From the NCBI RefSeq assembly GCF_001194135.2, contig NC_068990.1:62513047-62547500 (forward strand): a stretch of 34,454 bases of DNA. Direction: 5' to 3'. Source of the DNA: Octopus bimaculoides (taxonomy: Eukaryota). Numbering within the stretch: position 1 is the stretch's first letter; every line of letters starts with the position of its first letter. Position numbers and translations under genes: made by a program. This document shows positions 12,373 through 24,129 of the stretch, piece after piece. The notes under the pieces are model-generated. The model saw nothing but the letters and a program-made list of their open reading frames with translations. It was not told the origin of the DNA and searched no databases.

Positions 12373-12404
12373 AAATACATGCCAGTGTTCACTGGCATGT
12401 ATTT
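12373..12404. repeat. Perfect inverted repeat, 15-bp stem with 2-nt loop
   Basis: AAATACATGCCAGTG-TT-CACTGGCATGTATTT. Confidence 0.9.
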
Positions 12405-12765
12405 GAACAAAAGACGAACAATTGCATATCAAATAACATACAAAATCCATACTTTTACTATTGAAATTATCTGTTACCAAAGAGGATAAACAAACTGGTG
12501 GTGAAATTGGTATAAAAACCAAATCAGAAAGGGAGATAATCTTAAGAATAAGAATTTCGCCAAAATCGACACGTCAGCACCAGGTCTCACTTCGAGCTGA
12601 TATCAGTTGCCACCTGGTGATAGGTTTGCATTGTCTGGAAACACAGATGAGTTCCATATATCAATTAGTTATCATTTAAGTTATTTAGTATGTTTATTCC
12701 TTTTTGTTGCTCAAATACATGCCAAAGGCTACGACGATGTGTCATCTTAGTTGATATTAATTTCA

Positions 12766-12817
<52 letters not shown>

Positions 12818-13169
12818 NNNNNNNNNNNNNNNNNNNNNNNNNNNNNNNNNNNNNNNNNNNNNNNNNNNNNNNNNNNNNNNNNNNNNNNNNNNNNNNNNNN
12901 NNNNNNNNNNNNNNNNNNNNNNNNNNNNNNNNNNNNNNNNNNNNNNNNNNNNNNNNNNNNNNNNNNNNNNNNNNNNNNNNNNNNNNNNNNNNNNNNNNNN
13001 NNNNNNNNNNNNNNNNNNNNNNNNNNNNNNNNNNNNNNNNNNNNNNNNNNNNNNNNNNNNNNNNNNNNNNNNNNNNNNNNNNNNNNNNNNNNNNNNNNNN
13101 NNNNNNNNNNNNNNNNNNNNNNNNNNNNNNNNNNNNNNNNNNNNNNNNNNNNNNNNNNNNNNNNNNNNN
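12818..13169. other. Assembly gap (N-run)
   Basis: Run of N flanked by (TA)n. Confidence 0.99.
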
Positions 13170-13261
13170 ATATATATATATATATATACTCAAACACACA
13201 CATTTATACATATATACGTATGCGTGTATAAATATGTATACATACGTACACGCACACAAAC

Positions 13262-13292
<31 letters not shown>

Positions 13293-13314
13293 TGTATGTA
13301 TGTATGTATGTATA
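13262..13314. repeat. (TATG)n microsatellite
   Basis: Direct reading. Confidence 0.9.
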
Positions 13315-13806
13315 TGCAAGTATGTATATAGAAACAAAGCCAGAGGAAAAGAGATTTGTAGTTGTTTATATATATATATTGTTTAACTGTGTGGCCTTGT
13401 GCAGAAGTCCTGGAGGCAAAAGCAATATTTTTTATTTAAAATATTCAAACTTATATATTTATCTATCTGCGTATGAAAATCTGTATGTGATTGTATGTGC
13501 ACCTGTTTGTATTATCTCGTGTGCGCGTGTAATCATATACTTTTATATGTATGTATACGTATGTAAGTATGTATATGTATGAATGCATATTTGTATGCAC
13601 ATATGTTTATATATAAAGGCATTACTTACACGCTTCTGTTTCTTTTCGTCCAATATTAACTTTCAATGTGATTTAGATATCTATATTCCATAAATAGCAG
13701 ATGGGGAAGATGATAGATCTACCAAGCTAAATATGCATATATTCATCATAGAGAAGTTGAAGATTAGAATGTTGCGTTGGCAGATAGTTATGCGCTTTAG
13801 CTAGTC

Positions 13807-13911
<105 letters not shown>

Positions 13912-14199
13912 ATTGATGTACATCGGTTTCTGTGTCTGGAAAAGCATATTGCATTCACCGCGTATGTTCAATACATACATACATGTATGCAAACTTATAT
14001 TCAGACTCACACACACACACACACACACACACAGATATCTGCATGTGTATATACTACACACATACCTACATGAATATTCAAACGCACATATGCATGTTCC
14101 CACTCGTACGTACATACTTATATGTACACTTTTATCTTGTGTATTTTCGTATTTTCATCGTTTAGCACAGTAGACCACCTTCAAAGATTGCCCTAGTCA

Positions 14200-14800
14200 T
14201 TAAAACACCATCTATACTGTACAGCATGAAACATCAATGAGAAATATGACAAAAATGGATAATTCCTTGCTTCAATCGTCAGCGAATATAATCAAAAATT
14301 TAAACCTATTATTTAGGAGGATAATCTATATACGAGTTACAAGTCTTATTATAGAGATTTGCTTTCCCGAGAACACGCTCCACTATTCCCATATTATGTA
14401 GTCGTATTACATCATCTTAATACTTTATCGTTGCCAAATCACCAGGGTATGATAGTCTCGAGGAAATTATGAGTCGCCGAAAACACGATCGCTCTCTCAT
14501 TTATTGGAAATATAAGCATATATTATCGTCACTATTTCCTCTAACTGCTGTTTCGTTTATTTGAGGCATCACCACTTATATTAAAAAAAAAACTAATGTC
14601 ATTAATCTCTAGTTTTTAGAATGTTACGAGAATAAGTTATAAATCTTCAGACAGAGAGAATGTTGGTATTTCTCGAAAAGCATCCATATACATATGTCTA
14701 ACTATTTGATGATTTTAGGCACAATTAGTTCAGTGTTGCGCCCAGATATACAATAAATATTTATGTGTTTATGTGATTTGTTTTGAACGCTATGTGTTAA
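14200..14800 (-). pseudogene. LRR ectodomain remnant
   Basis: YCISGRNTELIVPKI (LRRNT-like), MYMDAFREIP, and SATHNFLETIIPW (14442-14480; cf. LSxNxLxTIxPxxF), with many stops. Confidence 0.35.
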
Positions 14801-15502
14801 TGGCCCAATACCAAATAATTATACTTATTTCATTCCTTATATGGCAACCAGTCATTAATCACGTGAGTGTTTTCACTCTAGACTGGTGCTTGCCAAAAGA
14901 AGGTTCAACGAGATAAAGTTGCCTTTTAATAAAAGTTTAATAAATATTTATTGTTTTAAAAAAATATATTCACCATTTCAAATATTGCTAATATATTTTT
15001 AATATGAATAAATTATCCCTGTAAACCTTGTTTTATTTAATATCTTCCTTAAAATTAAGGTGGCTGGGATTGTCGATAAAAGATATCGGTATGGATTCCA
15101 TGAATGTTAGAAAATCGTCTAAGAGTTCCGTACCAAAATAAGTTCGGGAGTCACTGCACTTCGCTGTGAAATCCTGTCGACTACTAGTCTTCTTCGTACG
15201 TGTTTATTGGATTCCCTCCCTCTCCTTCTCCCCTCTCTCTTTTTTTTCTCTCTCTCTCTCTTTCTTTACATATCAGGTTAGCTAAAGCAAGTAATGGTCA
15301 AAGTTCTGCTCACGGAAGAATGTTAAAAATGAGATATGAACATATGACACTTCAGTTGAAAAACTATTGTCCCATCTACATAGCTATTGAGATTTTCACC
15401 GTCAAATCCCCGAGAGTACAATTTCCATGGATTTTCGTCGGCTTCATTTACTTCTGGGTGAATTAGAACACGTCTCGCATTATCTTTTTACCTTTTGTCA
15501 TT

Positions 15503-15784
15503 TAGTTGTTTCAGTCGTCGAACTGCGACCATGCTGGGGTACCACATAGGGTTTTAGTCGAACAAATCGAATCCACGACTTATTTTTTAAAGACTAGTAC
15601 TTATTCTATTGGTCTTTTGTGCTAAACCGCTAACTTGTAGGGACGTAATAACAAACTAAGATTGATTATCAAGCGGTAGTGGGGGACAAACGCAGACAAA
15701 CACACACACACACACACTTATATATATATATAAAGGCGGTGTTCCTGCATGGCCGCAATCAAATGACCTAAACAAGTAAAAGAG

Positions 15785-15876
<92 letters not shown>

Positions 15877-16050
15877 TGTGTATGTATGAATGGCGGAATT
15901 TTCAGTTTCCGTCTACTATATCCACTCACAAGGCTTTAGTCAGCCTGAGACGAAAGTAGAAGACATCTGTTCTCCAAGGTGCTACGCAGTGTGATAGAAC
16001 CCAGGACCATACGGTTGGGAAGCAAACCCCTCACTACGCAGCTGTGGCAT
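15503..16050 (-). mobile_element. SINE family A with long internal (TG)n and an opposite-strand tail fragment
   Basis: Tail at about 15505-15720 and head at about 15893-16050 on the minus strand; (TG)n at about 15798-15872; a plus-strand tail AAGGCGGTGTTCCTGCATGGCCGC..ACAAGTAAAAGAGTA at 15733-15787. Confidence 0.8.
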
Positions 16051-16139
16051 TATGACTATCATTAAATTTCTCAGCTTGAACCTGAGGTAATATACCCAGT
16101 AGAATTTGATCAGATGCCTATCATACTACAGACAAAAGA

Positions 16140-17620
16140 CAAACACCAAAAAGTGACGTGAAAACTCTAGGCTTATTCTTATTACTTTACTTCCTTTAAA
16201 TGGCGATTAATGTCCCATCGTTTAATCCACGTTTCTGATTCAGTAATTTTTGTCTTTTGTTATTGTTGTTGATTTTATTGTTGTGAATGTTTACACCACT
16301 ATTTATTGCTTATGTTGTTTTGTCTTCTCTTTCTTTTCTCTTGTCGCTTATGGTGTTACAAGTGTTCCCGCTCTTTTAACACCTTTTAACACTTGTTCTA
16401 CTTTCTATTGATGCGTTTGTTGATCAGGTATGTGTTGTTATTGCTGTTATTATGTATCTGCCATTTCCAGTATTAATTTTAAAGGACATTGAAGTGGTAC
16501 GAATGGTTAGACTTTGAACGTACTGTATTTAGTAAAGCAACAGAATCCAGAGAAAGATGTGCTGTTCTACATCAAATGAAATCATGTGGTAGAAATTGTA
16601 TTTCCTAGTGTTTAATTGAATCAACGTTCTGAGTGTAAATCCCGCCATGTTTTGTATTTCTCCATGCCTTTAAATACGGTATACAGTATCTACCGATGTC
16701 AGTCCAGTTGTCTATATAGTCCTCTCCTATTTTAGTGGCGCGTGGCTTAGTGGTTAAGTTGTCGTAACCACTAATGATCATAACCACTCATGATCGTAAG
16801 ATTGTGGTTTCGATTCCTGAACCGGGAGATGCATTGTGTGCTTGAACAAAACAATTTTTCATTTCATTCAGTTGCTCCAGTCCACTCAGCTGGCAAAAGT
16901 GGGTAAGCCTGCGACGGACTGGCGTTCCGTCTAGGTGGAGAATTTATACACCATTAAACCGGCTATTATGTATCGACATGACACAAGAAGGTAACTTTAT
17001 CTAGCTTACTTTATCTCTCCTATTCGTGACTATGTTCAATCAGAAGAAATCAGTGTTGTTACTGTTCCTGGTGGTATGGTCAAAATAATAGTTGAGTCTC
17101 TATTCATTGCGATTTCAAACCCCAATTTGGAATTGCCTTTGAAGTATCCGGCATTAAGGACCAAATATGTGCTGTTAAACTTTACATCTCTTTTATAAAT
17201 GTGCAGCCTTCAAAGACATTAATAGTTTTATCGGTAATCAGTAGAAATTGCTAATTGATTTTTCATTTTTATTACCCGTCGTCCCATCGATATTGCCATT
17301 GTTTTAATTATTTTCGGTGTAATTTTGGTTTTTAGCTTCTGTTATTGTTGTTTGACTTCTACCTACGACTGTGAATCTTTTTACAGTGCTACGGTTGTTG
17401 GTGGTGTTGCTAATGACGATGATGAAGATGGAGTACAGTGGAATGTGTTGAAGGAGGACATGTGAGGAGTTGTATAGCAGCAGGTAAAGGTGACAGTGAA
17501 ACAATCAATGACAAAAATGGAAGATAGTGACAAACTGTGTCACAAAGAAAATACATACAGCAATGATAATAGCTCTGTGACAAAGAAGGATCTATTATGA
17601 CAAATGACAATGACATACAG
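16140..17620 (-). pseudogene. LRR protein remnant with Thr/Asn-rich low-complexity segments, split by a SINE
   Basis: FLSLIVSLSPLPAAIQLLTCPPS (signal/LRRNT-like), INVFEGCTFIKEM (17185-17223), YLVLNAGYFKGNSKL, ILTIPPGT, EIQFLPHDF (16578-16604). ACA/AAC-rich tracts at about 16200-16440 and 17300-17420. Confidence 0.3.
16736..17010 (+). mobile_element. tRNA-derived SINE, family D
   Basis: A-box GTGGCTTAGTGG, B-box GGTTTCGATTCC, body GTTGCTCCAGTCCACTCAGCTG and a central CCTGCGACGGACTGGCGTTCCGTCTAGG box. Confidence 0.75.
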
Positions 17621-17852
17621 ATATGTTTATGTTAAGTGGTCGGAGTGTTATTGATGTATGTTTGTGATTTATATATTTAAAAAAAAGTTTATAATGTTCT
17701 TTATGCACGTTACAATGGTGATAGGATTATAAGTTTATGTTTTCCTGAAGAAGTGATTATATCATAAATCTGTATAGTTTATGTTTGATGTTATAATTTC
17801 TATACGTACGCGTAGTCTTTCAGAATCAATGTTGGATGTTTTTGTATAATAT

Positions 17853-18060
17853 AGGTTTCAAATTTTGGCTCAAGCCAGCAATTTCAAATGTGGGTTGGGG
17901 AGTCTATTCGATTACATCGACCCCAGTATTCAAATGGCACATATTTTATCGAACCAGAAAGGATAAATGATAAAGTTGACCTCAGCGGAATGTAAAGACA
18001 GACGAAATGCCGCTAAGCGTTTTACCTGGTGTGCTCACTATTCTGATAGTTCGTCGCCTT
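17853..18060 (-). mobile_element. SINE, family B
   Basis: Minus strand AAGGCGACGAACTATCAGAATAGTGAGCAC..TTAGCGGCATTTCGTCTGTCTTTAC..AATACTGGGGTCGATGTAATCGA; homologous to 29925-30122. Confidence 0.75.
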
Positions 18061-18662
18061 ACGCTTTTGTAAAATAGCAACATGTATAAACACGTGGTGA
18101 TATAAGGTGTTTGTGATTACTTCGAATCAAGTGAGGTGGCATATGATGTTACAAGTATGCGACGATGTAGTATGTGTAACACGAAGTTTATCTTCTATAC
18201 TCGGATCAATGAGGATTTTGCGATAAAGTTTGTGTTAGAATCTGAGGCAGAAGAACTTATACATGACGAGAAGGATAAATTCATAAGATATTTTTAGAAA
18301 AATAGCATGGTTGTCGATATTTTTTCATAAACTAAACATACAGCAGCAGAATAACAAGTGAGTAGACTTAAATATTGTTATTTTTGCTAACTTATATTGT
18401 AACATAATTCCTTGAAGTTTCCTGTTATACTACCGCAATCGGAATGATAAACAGCTTGGAAATCTTGCTCAGGGATAGGAAAACATACATTAAAAATGTC
18501 ACTTAACTGAGATAAGCAAAATTTTGTTGACAACATAAAATTTAGAAACTTCGAGAAAGTGAAATAAGTATTTTTAGGAATTTTGAATCTCGAATCAAAT
18601 AAAGCTATAAACTACAGCGCGTAAATATTATGTTAAAAACTCCTTGGTTAGGAAAAAGTAGA

Positions 18663-18733
18663 ATGCTGCCCTTAGTACTCGAACCCACATCTCCTGCAAA
18701 CATGACAGGGAGTCTACCATTGGACCATAGCAT
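18663..18733 (-). mobile_element. Isolated tRNA-like SINE head or tRNA pseudogene
   Basis: Minus strand GATGCTATGGTCCAATGGTAGA..GTGGGTTCGAGTACTAAGGGCAGCAT has A- and B-box-like motifs; the T-stem does not pair and the anticodon loop is 9 nt. Confidence 0.5.
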
Positions 18734-19198
18734 CGCTTCGCCTTTCCTATTTGGAAACTTTATTCCCACCTCCGAGAATATTTGCTTCGAGATTCACTGC
18801 ACTTAAAAAAATATGCAAAATATATTTAGAAGGAAACCTGGCGTTATATATTTTCCTTCTTGAAAGACCTTTACCAAATAAGTTAACTGTAAGCTCTTCA
18901 GTTAAAATGCTTTTATGAATTATGTATAATAGTTTTACTAAAATTTAAACTGAGATTTGAAGTTCATATTTTTATTTTGTTTGCCTCATATGTAAATGAG
19001 TTCACTTAAACATTTCGTACCATCAGCCGTTAATATATGTGAAACAAAAATATTATGCTTTTGTGACTGTTCAGAGCAAAGTGATAAAGCAAACAACAGA
19101 ACTGTATTTTGCTCTACAACGAAGGCATCATTCTTTAAATATTATTTTAACAACAATATTTTAAAAGGTAATTTTCTTAAGATGTTGGTCATATACGC

Positions 19199-19486
19199 GC
19201 GGGTGTGGCTGTGTGGTAAGACGCTTGTTTCCCAACCACATGGTTCCGGGTTCATTGTATATATATATATATATATATAAATATCATTGCGTCCATGTTT
19301 CCCCCCTCCACCGCTCGACAGCCGGTGTTAATGTGTTTACGTCCACGTAATTTAGCGGTTCGGCAAAAGACCGGAGCAGGTTTCAAAAAAATAAGAACTG
19401 GGGTCGACTAATTCAACTAAAAAACTTCTTCATAGCGGTGTCCCAACATGGCCACAGTCTAATGACTGAAACAAGTAAGATATAAG
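19199..19486 (+). mobile_element. SINE family A, internally deleted
   Basis: Head GGGTGTGGCTGTGTGGTAAG..GGTTCCGGGTTCA joins directly to (TA)n, then body and tail ATGACTGAAACAAGTAAGATA. Confidence 0.85.
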
Positions 19487-19799
19487 AAACGAATCACCTG
19501 TAAAAGATATGTATTAGCTTTTTGTGCGACTATTATACTGTAGAAGATGATGATCAAAAATATTAGATCTGAATCCATTGAAATGATTCGTTATGGGTTA
19601 TCTACAAATTAATTTGCTAAGATACAATGCAGCAAAAGGTGACAGCGGAGGAATAGATAAATTTCAGTTACTTATTCTGTATCAAACTAGTTACATTGTT
19701 TCAAGTCTCTAATATATATATATTGTTTTTTTTTGTGAGAACAATTGGTATAAATACGACACTAGTTTCATTTAAAACATTCCACCCCGAGCTATCCAC

Positions 19800-19862
19800 A
19801 AATACACAAACACAGCAAACCCACATACACATATGCATATATATATATGTATGTGTGTGTAT

Positions 19863-19893
<31 letters not shown>

Positions 19894-19916
19894 TACATAC
19901 ATCCATACGTACATAC

Positions 19917-19986
<70 letters not shown>

Positions 19987-20025
19987 GTATATATATATGT
20001 ATATATATATATATGTGTGTGTGCT
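19800..20025. repeat. (CA)/(TACA)/(TA) compound microsatellite
   Basis: Direct reading. Confidence 0.9.
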
Positions 20026-20174
20026 AGTGATTCTCCTAATAATTTTTAATTCTGAAAACAGGACAGAAGTTTTTAAAACATTGAATGGTTATGAGGGGCC
20101 TGTAAAGTAAAATAAGGATCGACAGGGTCCATAGGTAAAAAATGCCTGAGAGCCACTGATGTATACGTACAAGC

Positions 20175-20211
<37 letters not shown>

Positions 20212-20349
20212 TTTTCTTTCAAATATGCTATGTTAAAAACACGACTATGTTCTTTTCACATTTCATTTTTGTAGTTTAAGAGTTCAACAAAATAACGAGA
20301 AGAATAAGTATGGAAGCTTTATATATGAACTTAATCATGTCATTTAATG

Positions 20350-20459
20350 CAATGTGTGCGTGCGCGTGCGTGTGTGTGCGTGCATGTGCGCGGCGCGTAC
20401 GTGCGTGTGTGTGTGTGAGTAGATAAATAGCAAGCTAGCTAACTACCTTGATAGGTAGG

Positions 20460-20493
<34 letters not shown>

Positions 20494-20550
20494 TATAGAT
20501 AGATAGATAGGTAGATACATATATACATACATACATACATACATACACAG
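20350..20550. repeat. (TG/CG)n, (GATA)n, (TACA)n microsatellites
   Basis: Direct reading. Confidence 0.9.
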
Positions 20551-21019
20551 GGTCACACATATTCACACAAGAATACTCAAACACATGCACACAAATGTGC
20601 GTATAAATAGTCGCAGAACTGTACTGCTATTTATACCTCATTATTCATATTGTTTGTAAGGATAGAAGACCCTATTGTCCATAAAGCGAAAAAGATGACA
20701 AGTCGCCCAGAAAAGTGAAGAGCAACATCCAAACATTTAATCTATCAGCATATATTACATCTATACGAAATTTGAAAATATACGACGACTGACTTAGTGC
20801 TGTTTTACTGAACAAGCTGGTTCACTGGTGAATAAGATAATTGTCGTTAATGAATTAAGTTGTCTAGATGGTAATATCTTTGTTAAATGGTTTGCTCAAG
20901 TATTGCAAAAGTTATAAAACAGTTATATGGAGAAGTAAACAAATTCCTGGCTGCATGATGATTTCAAATATTTAGCGAGAGTGAGAGATATTTGCAACAA
21001 TTATTATTGCTTAAATCAA

Positions 21020-21061
<42 letters not shown>

Positions 21062-21118
21062 NNNNNNNNNNNNNNNNNNNNNNNNNNNNNNNNNNNNNNN
21101 NNNNNNNNNNNNNNNNNN
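21062..21118. other. Assembly gap (N-run)
   Basis: Run of N between (TA)n and (GT)n. Confidence 0.99.
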
Positions 21119-21160
<42 letters not shown>

Positions 21161-22521
21161 AAAAATAAATACAAAAAAAGGGTTTTGTATGATCGTATAT
21201 CGAGGAATATATTATTTTATTTAAAAGAGTATTTATATTCTTGTAAAATTAATGTGGGATATAGAATATGGAATATATAATATATAATATAAAAATAAAT
21301 TGTAAAATGAAATGAAGTATTGAATGTCTTATTGAATATATGAAATATTGAGTATTCAATATAGAGAATTAATATATATATATATATATGCAAATGAAGG
21401 TGGGTATAAATTCTTTTGTATATTGTCAGAAATAAAAGTATACGCGTTGTATACAGTATGCATCGGCATTTGTTCTCCTTCCCAACTAAGAGCATGGAAA
21501 TTTGAAAGCATATTCTTGGAAACAGAACTACTGGATGTAACACTACGCTAGTCAATAACTGTACTGCATTCTATCTGCGCGTGAACTGCCTTCGTGTATA
21601 TATAAAACAGCTATAGAAGAAGCATCTATAAGTTGTCTCATCTGTGTTATATTCTAAAATATTCATATATGATAACTTTCCGTAAGGGATTACTTAAAAA
21701 ATCCACCGAACGACTGAAATATTAAGAATTGATGACGTGATCGTATGGAAACGAATTCTAAATCTCAAACAGATATTTAGACTTTGATTTTAAATTTCTA
21801 ACTCTTGTGTACTTCGCCAAAGCAAACCACCCATTAACACTATCATTTCCGTAGATGACAATGCTAAAATAAGTGTTGTCACTGAATTGCACGTAGATTC
21901 ATTTCAATCCTCCTGTTAAAATAGATAAATGGTGTATATATAACTAAGACGACCAGAAAAATGGATGAAGTTCACTCTACAGTTCATTTAAGTTGTCAGC
22001 ATTGCTATTAAACTAATGTGAAATTAACAAGAAGTCGTCTTAATGCAACAAGCTTATATCTTCATAAAAATCTAAGAGGTATATGTTTGCATTTCTGTGA
22101 AATCCTACATTTTCTGGCGAATATATCAAGGCTAAGATGTATCAGGCTAAAACTGCAATATTTACAAACAAAGATTTCGATCAAGACATTAGTTTTGTTT
22201 CGTAACCGTCATTAAATCCCGCGGAATTGTGATGTCTTTGTATTGTTTGAAGTAAGATACGGCTACTACGTCAAGTTCACTCAGTTGGAGATTGCAACTT
22301 TACTCAATGTAGGTTGATTGTGGTTTCCTGATTGGACCGGGAAATTGCCGTAAATCCTATGCAATGCTTGCATCAGCATATCGGAATTTTTTTAGTTCAT
22401 AAGTTGTCAAACTAAAGTATTGCTCGGAACCTTATGTGTGGTGCCTTATCATTTCTACAATTATGTACCTGATACTCCGACGATTATGACGATGAAGAAT
22501 TCAACTGATACAATCAAATTA

Positions 22522-22645
22522 AAATGGCTGGGCACTCCACAAACACTCGTACCCTTAATGTAGTTCTTATGGAGATTCAGTGTGACATAGAATGTGACAA
22601 GGCTGGTCCTTTCAAATACAGGTATCACTCATTCTTGCCAGCCGA
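22522..22645 (-). mobile_element. Fragment of the SINE family at 28310-28670
   Basis: TGGCTGGGCACTCCACAAACACTCGTACCCTTAATGTAGTTCT..TGACAAGGC matches 28386-28452. Confidence 0.75.
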
Positions 22646-23811
22646 ATTACATATTTCTCTAATTAACGATGCTTAATTTAAACAATTAAGTATCTACTCA
22701 CATTTTCAGCACAATGATTGCATTAGTTTTGAAGGCGTGGCATGCCGGACAAAAGTTTTTCTCGTGACATCTAAATGGATTATTTATATTGAGAACGTCT
22801 TTTCGTTTTAAGCAATGAGTAAGGGGAATTTACATGATTTTTCAGGCATTAATTGAAATTTAGATTGCTGATTTTGCCTGTTGGAAAGACAGTTTCTAAT
22901 GTGTGTGTGTGTATATGTATGCCAAAATGATGGTTAAACGTTAGGCGAATGTATGATAGGCAATGATAGTGAATATTTGACTTGTAAAAGTGTTATGTCA
23001 CAAGCTGAGCTCGTTCGCAACTGAAAACTTCTTTGAAAAGAAATAAACACAGACCATTGTAATCTTGGAGTGGATCAACGGAGCAACAGGGATATGGAAA
23101 TAATAGCAGATTCTTTAAAAGCATCGAATAAAAATCACTCCTAAATGGAAATGGTTGCTTTAAATAAGTATGTATTTTGTCAGTAATTACTCGAAACTAA
23201 TTGCGTTGTTTCTGTCTAAATTATCCCCTTATTTGCATTAATGGTGAAACAGAAAGTTAGTAAAAGAAATAAAGCACTTAAACATAGGAAAATAATTTAA
23301 AAACGAGAAAACAAAGCGACATACGTAGTGACAAATACAGAGAGGAATAAAGGTAATGGGGGGGGGGAGAAAGCAAATAATACTTGGTTTCTGTATGTAA
23401 TAGTTAAAGATAGAAGAAATGATTAATATCTATAACGATATAATAGAGGAATATAGAGAGCAGGTGTGTCAGCGGGAGAGTATTAAAAAAAGAGAGAGAG
23501 TAAGAGATGGTGAAAGCGAGCGGAGGAGGAAGAAAGGGTTATTTTTCTGATCTTCAAATTAATGAATTTACTTAGTTTTTATAGACTGTGTGAAAAAATA
23601 TAAAAAGCACAAGCAAAAACAGAAAAAGTAATTATAGTAAAATTTGAAATGATTTCGGTGTATTCTTGTATGTACTTGTTCACATATTCTATATAACCAA
23701 ATCGTATATTTTTAGAAATGTATATATTTAGCTAATTATTCGTAAATAAGCTCCAGAGTTCTGGAGTAAATAGCTCCATAGTTCATAGTTTCTGGAATAG
23801 ATCTAATTAGG

Positions 23812-23899
23812 GCTGAATTCATAACCATATGAAGACCTCAAAACTACAGACTAACGCTGAATTCATAACCATATGAAGACCTCAAAACTACAGACTAAC
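23812..23899. repeat. Exact 44-bp tandem duplication
   Basis: GCTGAATTCATAACCATATGAAGACCTCAAAACTACAGACTAAC x2. Confidence 0.95.
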
Positions 23900-24129
23900 G
23901 CATAACTTGATCATAAAGGAATCTACATAAAAATCTAGTCTTTTAGAGACAGAAAATTCTTTAACCTTCCACTAACTCACTACACAATGGAATATAGTTC
24001 CTGGGTTTGGTACGTCACTACTGCTACACCCATAGACACCTTACACTGACAAAATAAAGTCGTCACTAACCATTACACACTAACCACTGAACACTAATAT
24101 GTTATCGCTTCTCTCGACATTTTCCACCC

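Larger units (their letters stand above)
18100..23170 (+). pseudogene. Multi-cysteine-cluster Toll-like receptor pseudogene fragmented by SINEs and microsatellites
   Basis: In order: LILxHNSLK; FRNFEKVK..LNLESNK; RFTALKKICKIYLEGNL (18790-18840); CFCDCS..NNRTVFCS (19056-19115); KILDL; HLSC..NATSLYLHKN (22042-22071) then IKTLVLFRN; IAVNPMQC (22344-22367); FCLLERQF (22872-22895, cf. LCLHERDF); TIVILEWI (23053-23076). Confidence 0.5.

Noticed and set aside
7272-13386. Long ORFs of 100-370 aa spanning N-runs
   Set aside because: They are open only because N codons contain no stops; their flanks are YI/CV/HT microsatellite translations.
16562-16585. MISFDV resembling the Penelope RT motif (VSFDVxSLF)
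   Set aside because: No following SLFT and no other RT motifs; an overlapping frame gives LRR-like IQFLPHDF.
20120-20158. hAT-like terminal motif (CAGTGGCTCTCAGG on the minus strand)
   Set aside because: Only one degenerate end with no partner TIR or TSD; too little to call.
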